This document shows, one piece after another, positions 54,731 to 64,000 of a stretch of DNA of 64,000 bases. Below the pieces are notes generated by a model, which was given only the letters and a program-made list of their open reading frames with translations, had not been told where the DNA came from and searched no databases. How positions within the stretch are numbered: position 1 is the stretch's first letter; the number at the start of each line of letters is the position of its first letter. The stretch covers positions 37,590,761-37,654,760 of the forward strand of contig NC_068981.1 in NCBI RefSeq assembly GCF_001194135.2. The letters are read 5' to 3'. Position numbers and translations under genes: made by a program. The stretch is from Octopus bimaculoides (lineage: Eukaryota).

Positions 54731-55640
54731 GTAGCAAGCTTTAAAAAACTAGGGAACATATCTAAGATTAGACATAATAAAATTAAATTAAATCATAAAT
54801 TGAACATTAAAACTGACTTGCTCGAAATAATAACTCATTAATTTATATACTACAACAGATTTCTGTAATATAGTTTGGCAGTCAAAATTACAGTTTAGTT
54901 ATAGTTATGTGTGAGATGGCATTTAGTGCTAATGGAACTTCAAGTATTCATCATTAGAATGGCAGGCAAAGAAAAGAACGAAGCATCTTTAGACATGAAA
55001 ACATTTATATGAAATGACATGCAGTAACCTAGCAGATAAAGAACAATTCCCTTTTTTTTATCAATATGAGAAAAGGATGAGACTATTGTCTGTAAATGAA
55101 AGAGAGAGACTAACAGCAATAGAAGGACATAGGTTGAGGTCACAGATAATTCATAGCATAGGAAGAAAAGAATTCTCAGTGATTCCTTTCTGAATACATC
55201 CTGCAGGGTAGTGATAGATTTTATTCTTCTCCTCTGACAATATTGACACAAAAAATTAATAATTTCCTGCATCTGACACATAGCATGCATGCTGCTGAAT
55301 TATCTTGGAGGAACACTTACAAATTGCTATTTTCCAATGTGATTGCATCATTGAATTAGTAAAACTAGACAACATGTTAACCCCAATAAAAATGTCTACA
55401 TCTATAATGGAATCCATCAATGTATTATTATTATCATTACTACTATCACTATTATTATTCTTCATGTTACTATAATCCATTCTCATTGTTCACAATATGT
55501 TGCCAAAATGACAATTATTTTTTTCAAGTAAGATATAAACCAATAAGTTAAGAATCATGCCTTTTATTTTTTCCCAGTGTTGTGTGTCATTATAAGTGAA
55601 TGTGTGTGTATGTGCATGTGCATTTGTGTGTGTTTATGGC

Positions 55641-55672
<32 letters not shown>

Positions 55673-55940
55673 CATCATCACCATCATAATAATCTTCACT
55701 GTCGTCATAATTTTGATGATTTGGCTGGATGGTTTACAGAATCCAGTGTTGCAGAGGATCAGATCTTGTTCAAAAGTCTCAGTTTGGGCATTGTTTCCAC
55801 AGCTGGATGCCTTTCCTATCATCAAGTTCATTATAGAACGTACTGGGTGCTTTTTCAGGTGCTTTTAATGTGCTAATGGCACATGTGAGCTTGCTTAGTA
55901 ATTCAATGAAAGTGAGGATAAGACTTAAGGTATTAATATG

Positions 55941-55987
<47 letters not shown>

Positions 55988-56216
55988 AATTGTGTGTGTC
56001 TGTATGTATTCTTTTATTCATTTATTTGTGTCAGTTATCAGACTGCATGTATGATACAGCACTGCCTTGAAGGGTTTTAGTTGAACAAATTGACCCCAGA
56101 ACTTATTTCTTAAGCCTAGTACTTATTTTATTAGTCTCTTTTGCTGAATCACTAGGTTACAGGGATGTAAACACAACAACATTGATTGACATTATAGGGA
56201 TATAAATATATCAGTA

Positions 56217-56269
<53 letters not shown>

Positions 56270-56880
56270 NNNNNNNNNNNNNNNNNNNNNNNNNNNNNNN
56301 NNNNNNNNNNNNNNNNNNNNNNNNNNNNNNNNNNNNNNNNNNNNNNNNNNNNNNNNNNNNNNNNNNNNNNNNNNNNNNNNNNNNNNNNNNNNNNNNNNNN
56401 NNNNNNNNNNNNNNNNNNNNNNNNNNNNNNNNNNNNNNNNNNNNNNNNNNNNNNNNNNNNNNNNNNNNNNNNNNNNNNNNNNNNNNNNNNNNNNNNNNNN
56501 NNNNNNNNNNNNNNNNNNNNNNNNNNNNNNNNNNNNNNNNNNNNNNNNNNNNNNNNNNNNNNNNNNNNNNNNNNNNNNNNNNNNNNNNNNNNNNNNNNNN
56601 NNNNNNNNNNNNNNNNNNNNNNNNNNNNNNNNNNNNNNNNNNNNNNNNNNNNNNNNNNNNNNNNNNNNNNNNNNNNNNNNNNNNNNNNNNNNNNNNNNNN
56701 NNNNNNNNNNNNNNNNNNNNNNNNNNNNNNNNNNNNNNNNNNNNNNNNNNNNNNNNNNNNNNNNNNNNNNNNNNNNNNNNNNNNNNNNNNNNNNNNNNNN
56801 NNNNNNNNNNNNNNCATACACACACACACACTGATATATTTATATATATATATATGTGTGTATATATGTGTGTGTGTGTG

Positions 56881-56957
<77 letters not shown>

Positions 56958-56960
56958 ATA

Positions 56961-57940
56961 TTAGGTTGTGAAGTATGAAATCTGTAGAAAAGAAAAATGT
57001 TTGCTAATACTTTATAAATACAAGTAGTAGTTTTATTCATCAAAGTATGCATCCCTATTGCCATTTCAGTGGTAGCTTGTCCAGCCTGGAACAATAAAGG
57101 CCTGGCAATCTGGAGTCAATAAAATCTTGGAAGGCCTGTTTTACAGCATTGTCAGGATTAAATTTTTTACCTATCAAAAATTATCCAAAGTCTGAAAGAA
57201 GTGGTAGTCAGTGGGGGTAAGGTCATGTGAGTATGGTGGATGATTGAGAACTTTCAAATCCAACTCCTGTAGTTTTGTCAGTGTAATTTTTGCGATGTGT
57301 GGTCTGGGATTGTCATGCAATAAAATAGGAATGGATCTGATGACTAATCTAGGCTATTTTTTTGTAAGTTTCTGCATAATTTGGTCCAGTTGGCTACAAT
57401 ATGCTTTGGCGGTGATTGATGAGCCAGGTTTAATGAAATCATAATGGATCACACCTGCGCCAGACCACCAAACACACACTATCAGCTTCTTTTGATGAAT
57501 TTTGCTTTTTGGACTATGTTATCATGGCTCGTCTTTGTCTAACCATTGTGCTGAACGTTTACAGTTGTTGCATTGAATCCATCTCTCATCACATGTTACA
57601 ATTCGATTCAAAAATTATTCATCTTTGTGACGAGAAAGTATCACATTGCAGGCTTCCAAACTTTGCTGATTCTGATTTTCATTGAGTTCATGTGGAACCC
57701 ACTTATCCAATTTTTGCACTTTACCAATTTGAACTAGGTGAGTCAATATTGTTTGCTTGCTAACACCAATCAACAACGATAATTCACGGGCACTTTGAGA
57801 TGGATCTGACTGGATGGTAGCTTTCAGTTCGTCATTATTCACCTTTGTTTCTGGTCGACCTCGTTGCTCATTTGTGAGGTAAAAGTTATCAGAACGAAAG
57901 TTTGCAAACCAATTTGATACTGTCTGCAGTGTAATAACAA
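56961..57940 (-). mobile_element. Mariner transposon relic, 5'-truncated
   Basis: Reads 'RGRPETKVNNDELKATIQSDPSQSARELS', 'KLDKWVPHEL', 'PPYSHDLTPTDYHFF' (YSPDL motif) and terminal 'DAYFDE*'. A TA followed by ttaggttg at 56959-56968 looks like a TIR end. Confidence 0.92.
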
Positions 57941-58032
57941 TAGAATGAAATACTCCATTAATATTTTGAGCTGACTGTGATGCTATATTTCGAAGTTGGT
58001 CCCGATATTGGTGTCGACTTCGCTCAAATCTT

Positions 58033-58084
58033 TCAACTGAGGAGAAGCAGGACTGGTGCCAAGTCCTGCATTCTGAGGCTTTGT
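58033..58084 (+). ncRNA. Possible decayed hammerhead-like motif or hairpin
   Basis: CTGAGGA, then a stem gcaggact/agtcctgc, then 'gaggctttg' where GAAACGTTG would be expected. Confidence 0.3.
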
Positions 58085-58192
58085 TCTCCCAGGAAGAAAA
58101 GGAAATGTTGCATCACTTCAGATTGTCTTTTATTTTGTGTTTGAAGTGCAAGATTGGCCTTCCAACTAACCTTCTTATATGTATGTATGTAC

Positions 58193-58223
<31 letters not shown>

Positions 58224-58756
58224 TGTATGTATGTTTGTATGTATGTATGTATGTATGTACGAATATCTCATTTATTAATGTGTATATGATCAGAATTGCT
58301 TTAAATGATAGATTTTAATCATTTCAACGTACAAAATAACACAAACATATATTATGGGTTCCCAGACATTTTAAGCAACTGTTTAAATGTTTTAGCTGGT
58401 CACTTTCCATATCAGCTCCATTAGATGACTGGAGATACAGTAAAAGGAACTTAATTTCTACATATTGAAAGAAGGATGTATGTGTGTGCTTGCATTTGCT
58501 TGCTGTTGTTTGTCCCTTGGTATCTTTACACAGTCGTATCTCGAGCAGTGGCTTGCAGTGTTGTGTTTTTTTATGCTCCAATTAAGTAATATGTCCAGCA
58601 GTTTATGGGTTTGCAATGGAATATATTTCTTTACTTGGAAAGAAATATCATCTGGTTACAACGTCTCACCCCAACATGGAAAGGTGATGTAAAAACGATG
58701 AAGAGTATAGAGTTATAAATATATGTATACATAAACATATATACATATACATACAT

Positions 58757-58822
<66 letters not shown>

Positions 58823-59419
58823 GCACATATATATGTATGTATGTATGTATAATGCACATATGTAGTAAGTGTATGCACATACATAATGCACATATACATA
58901 CATGCTTACAGATCCTTTGTACATAAAAGATGTAAGTAAATGCAAAGGAGAAATATTCCTAAATCGAAGTACATGCCTGTCAACTTCCCAACACTGATAT
59001 ATAGGGAGATAAGCATATCTTAGGGTTTAATGTACGTATTGTGTGTCATTATCTCTGTTAGAAACAATTTATCAGTGTCCTCATAGGTATAGAATATCTG
59101 TTTAAATGTCCATTTCCTAAATACCCTCTTTTGATGCCCTATAAAAAAATTTGCCTACATATTACTTTCATTTCTTTTTTCCTTGTTTTGATATTTCAAA
59201 TGCTTATTATTTGGGGAGTATTCACAAAATATTTTATCAGTAAAAAATATTTTTAGAAATTCAAAGTGTTTTTTTTTACCTCTTTTACCATTATTATTCA
59301 TGATGTGCGTGAACGTTTTACATTTAGAATTAATGTCTTTGATACCAGGTCACAACCAGTTTCTTTGATAATGAGGGTCTTTCTTACAGTTCTTGATCTT
59401 CCCAATAGATCAATATTAT

Positions 59420-59595
59420 CCTCCTCCTCCTTATCATCATGATCATCGTTGTCGTCGTCGTTATTATTACTATTGTTATTATTATTAAGATTATTGCTAT
59501 TATCGTTATTATTATTATTGTTATTATTGTTATTATAATTATTATTATTATTATTATTATTATCATTATTATTATTATTAATGTTGTTATTAGAT
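59420..59595. repeat. Compound (TCC)(TCA)(TCG)(TTA)n tract
   Basis: Directly visible. Confidence 0.9.
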
Positions 59596-59597
59596 TC

Positions 59598-59855
59598 CAC
59601 TGAGGTCGACTATGCCTTTCAGCCTTTTGGGGGTCGATAAATTAAGTACCAGTTGAACACTGGGGTCGTTGTAATCGACACATCCCCTCCCCAAAAATGG
59701 CTGCTCTTGTGGAAAAATCTGAAGCCATTATTATTATTAAGGCAGCATGTTGACAGAATTGGTAATACATCAAACAAAATGCTTAGTGACATTTCTTTAT
59801 ATTCTGAGTTGACATCTCGCCAGGATAAGTTTTACCTTTCATCTCTTTGGGTCTA
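59598..59855 (+). mobile_element. Two tandem SINE family B fragments
   Basis: 'actgaggtcgactatgcctttcagccttttgggggtcgataaattaagtaccagttga', then a second head 'cagaattggtaa..caaacaaaatgcttagtgacattt'. Confidence 0.7.
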
Positions 59856-61379
59856 GAAGGCAGGATCATCACGCTGTAGTTGTTTGAGGCACAAACACCT
59901 GATGATTCTGTGCCACCTGTAGAATTTCCAAGATAGTGAACAAATGTGTTCTCCATTTGTAAAAGACGTTTTTCTGCAGCTCATATCTTTCATGGAGCCA
60001 CAATCCAAGATCAAAATATGAACAAGATCAGGTCTCTTGCATCTGGTACTCTCTACTTATTGAATAATGTTGCTGGGGGAAGTTCTACTGTGACAATATA
60101 TAGAGAGTTTAGTGGTGGATAAGAGCAATGAATCTCAATGAATCATTAGGCATTGATGAGAACGATCTTACTGCTCTGTTTTTGGAGGACTTTAAGGCTG
60201 GAGATTACTATGGACAATTTCCAGAAATTCTTGGCTTGGCAGTGTTACCAGAGGCATTGCTGGATAAACTCAACAGGAAAAAGTAAAAAAAAAGCCACAA
60301 AAATGACACAACTCAAAACTACTAAAAACAGGTGATGCAGAATAAGCTCTAATTCTTCTAAGAAACAACAAAAGCACTTCTCAAGGGAATAAACTAAGGA
60401 AGTATGTGGTTCTATCATTATTATTTTCATAAGGTTTGAAATGTTATCCCACTTGAATTGAAATGTTTTAACATATTCAGACAACAACGATAGTGTAGGG
60501 CATCTTGAAAATCAAAGTAATCATCAAGAATACCATTAAGAAATATAAGCTGGTGCTAAGAATTTACATGAAACAAGATATGTCAGGGATCTTGCAGCTC
60601 AACACAGGGAAAGCCAAGTTCAAAGTGTTGATTCAGTATCATGGATTACAAGACCTGGATGAAGCAAAGACTAAGATTGAGAGCACCCTATTACTTGAGT
60701 TGCCATTTTGGACAATAAAAGATAAATACTGTCCCAATTTCATGAGTTATACTTGACTGGTATGTGATGTGATTTGAGACCATCTCCTTAGACTAAATCA
60801 ATTCCATAGACTCGTTGTATACATTGAAACACTTATGCACTATTCTATTTATTTTTCATTATAAAAATCCTCCATTGTGGTTCTTTGAGCTGTTAAATTT
60901 TTGTGTATACATGTGTTTGAGAGAAAGAAAGAGAGAGAGGAGAGAGAAGGAAGAGAGAGAGAGAGAGAGAGAGTACAAAAATCATATTATTTTTATCATA
61001 GAGACAGATTTGGAAAAGTGATGTAATTTAATTTTCTTCAATTTAAAAATAAATTGAACCTTTTGTTCTTTATTTTAATTGAAATGACAAAAATCCCCCG
61101 AAACAGTTTCAGAAATTGTAATCAGAGTGGAAGGTTATGGTATTTACTGCTTTAAATGTTTTGCGGATTAACTTAACATCCCAGACAGTTGCATCTGTTT
61201 ACAGCCAGAATATTTGGCAATTAAATATATGAATAAATGTTGTGTTTTTTTCTGTATGCAGTCAACTTGTTCACACAGAGATACATAAAGACATACATGT
61301 ACATACATCTAAAATATAGAAGAGAAAAAACAGGAGGCCAAGATACATATGTTTACATGAGTTGGTGTACAAAACAGAA

Positions 61380-61700
61380 GACATGCTTACTTCTTTGGTG
61401 ATCTTGTCTGGAAGCAGAGGTCATGCTCAAAACTTTTGCATGTCCTCCGGGACAAGAGAGTTTGATGCTATTAACATTCTTTTGAAAAAGTTACAAGTCA
61501 ACAGCTGCAGGCAGACAAAGACTGAGGGAGGGGCCTAGAAAGTGAGACACAACAAGGATGATATGCTGAGAGATAACCAAGACAGAAATGCTTGATTAGA
61601 TGAGGCACAACACCACCCAGAGTTGAGGAACCAAAGCCATTGTAGCATCAGTAGAAAGAGACTAAGAGAGGAGACAGAAGTCTGTGAGCCAGAGGCTGGA
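61380..61700 (+). mobile_element. Old RTE LINE 3' end
   Basis: Decayed 'YFFGDL...', a GRPRK-like 'gagggaggggcctagaaag' and a QDR..W-like 'caagacagaaatgcttga'. Confidence 0.4.
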
Positions 61701-62064
61701 GAATGTCAGCAGATAAGCTTTATGTTTCATGCCAATCAGTCAAAGGAAGATTATAGATTGGCAAACAATGAGTGTATCAAATCTACTAGTAATTTTATCC
61801 ACTAATTATATAATTGACTAAATATACTAGTTACACAAACGCATAGATGCATGTCCATGCATCAGTCTTTCTCTAAAGAGAGATATAATCATACATACGA
61901 ATGTACAGATGTATATGCACCTAACAAACTACAATTTATCATATATTCACTCAGTCAGAACTGATCTGGGATTAGATAATATTATAGTAAGAATAAAATA
62001 GTTGTATACAATTATTTCTTAACAGAAGTTAAATTTATGATAAAATATCCAAAGAATTTTAGCA

Positions 62065-62103
62065 AAAATAATAGTAACAATAATAATAATAATAATAATA
62101 ATG

Positions 62104-62190
<87 letters not shown>

Positions 62191-62765
62191 ATGCTCTGAT
62201 GCAGTACTAGGCACTGGCTTTTATGGTTTCTGGTCATAACCAATTGGAAGTGCTATCATTTACATGTTTTGTCTTAGTATAAAGGATGGGCTACAACAAA
62301 TATTGTGCTCAATACTACAGATTTGCTTGTCAGTTGTTTGACCTTAACCATTTGAGCATATCCCTTGGTGGCTGACAATATGTGCATCTCAGATCACAAG
62401 CAGAAGTAGTAGGGCAGTATCACAGCCATGTGTTGAGAGGAATTCATTGAGGTTTGAATAATACACCTCTGGAAACATGAGTGTTTTGTTCAACATCCTT
62501 AAACAACCCTTAATCAGGGATCTTTTGAGTAGGATGAGCTACTCAACCTGAAGAAAATTCCAACTGGGTTCTACCCACAAGGTCATGTGCTGTTTATCTT
62601 GATATGAGATCACTATGTCATGCACATATAATGTGATGTATGTGCCAGGTGTACCCTTATCTTGATGGGTAGTCATGATGGTTATACTGGACTTCATATA
62701 TTTTATCCCAGTGTCACTTTGATGGCATTCAATGTTCTCTTACTCAGTAATAATAATAATTATAA
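62065..62765 (+). repeat. (AAT)n/(ATT)n tract followed by a family E repeat copy
   Basis: The microsatellite is visible directly; the body is colinear with 34080-34580. Confidence 0.8.
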
Positions 62766-64000
62766 TGGCTTGTTACTCAATCACCCATATTAATATTTAT
62801 CTCTTAACAAATATGACTACTTCTTCCTGACAATAAATTGTAAACTGAATCGAATTTTTATTTAATAGTTTAAGTAGCAAAACTGGTGAAAATGCTAGAA
62901 ACAGTATGAAGTAAGGGTGATTGCTTTACTAACAATAAATAGTAAAATGGAAAATCAGATTCAAATATTGATTCAATACTTTAAGTTGTTAAATGCTTGG
63001 ACGAGAGTAAGGTATGGATGATTGCTTCTGTCCACTTTGCATTTCATCCCTTTGGGAGTCAATGCAATGGTGTTTTAATTCTTTTGATACTAACTCACAT
63101 GGGAACATCGTTGGTTCTATGATACAAACTTCCTGTTTTAAAGTGATCTAAATTAAAACCTTCCATCAAAAGTTCATGTTAATTAATATTCCAAACACCA
63201 GATTAATAATGACAAGGTTATCTAACTAAATTCTTCATTATTTTTAAAATTGACCAAAGCAAGGACAGTGTATTTTAACAGGAATATGATTAAGAAAATG
63301 CTAAGTTTAATTGATAGCAATCTGCCTAGAGTGCCCAAAGGCCTCACAGACCTAGGAATCCTATGCTAACCTATATATGTTATGACTTGCTGTTAGCAAA
63401 TAAATACTATAGGCTCTGATGCATTGTTTTGGTCTCTAATACTATTAAGATAGCCCTAAGTTATGATAAGATGTGAAATGGCCAGGGATATGATATCAGG
63501 CAAGAACTTCAAAACTTTCGAATTCAGATGTGTAACAGATGCATCATTGATTATTTTGAGAGTCCATTTAATTTTCAATAACACAAGCAAGCTGTTGGAA
63601 GTCAACACCAATATGTTGCTTGAATTGGAAGATTTATTTCTTGTCCATTTCATACCAGGACACAACTAATAAAAACCAAGTGATAATCAAGGCTTCAGAG
63701 ACATTTACAATACAGCTTACAATAAATTAATTACAACTAATTTTGGAGCTTTTGCTTTCTCTGTCTTTTCCCTGACAAAACTTTGCTTTATGTCCACTCA
63801 AAGGAAGTTTAATATTTTAGCTTAAAAACAGAGACAATTATTTACCAAAACTGTTTTCTTTCAGTGACTGGTAAACATAGTGAGCATGTTTATGTTTTAT
63901 TGCTTCAGTCTTATTTATTATTTATTTATTATTTATTACCCTAATGTTCAAGTTGAAAAAGAAATCATTAAAATTTAATAATGCTTCACTTGGAAAGAAA

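Noticed and set aside
1-64000. CRISPR arrays, operons, rRNA or prokaryotic defence systems
   Set aside because: The sequence is eukaryotic; no regularly spaced repeat-spacer array or rRNA-like segment was seen.

Overview
AT-rich, repeat-dense eukaryotic genomic DNA from a gapped draft scaffold with 8 N-runs. The tRNA-derived SINE families, RTE- and R4-type LINE relics and abundant (AT)n/(CA)n/(ATGT)n/(AAT)n/(GAT)n microsatellites match my recollection of Octopus or another coleoid cephalopod; this assignment is by recall, not by search. I could not assemble an intact protein-coding gene. Most ORF-track entries are microsatellite, gap or antisense-of-TE artefacts. The recognisable coding sequence is decayed transposable elements of many superfamilies: CR1/L2-like LINE, RTE LINEs, R4-like RLE LINEs, Penelope RT and GIY-YIG, Ty1/copia, Ty3/gypsy integrase, hAT, mariner, and a probable Helitron-like non-autonomous repeat. 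The best second-look items are a 61-bp inverted-repeat hairpin (15739-15878) and a CpG-retaining promoter-like patch at about 40.0-40.75 kb. That patch has two E-boxes 11 bp apart, a donor-terminated reading frame and a pre-miRNA-sized hairpin. Also notable are three degenerate Penelope-type minimal hammerhead ribozyme motifs, a few low-confidence orphan exons, and a probable haplotype false duplication across the 35.8-36.7 kb gap. I found no convincing evidence of a wholly new biological system.
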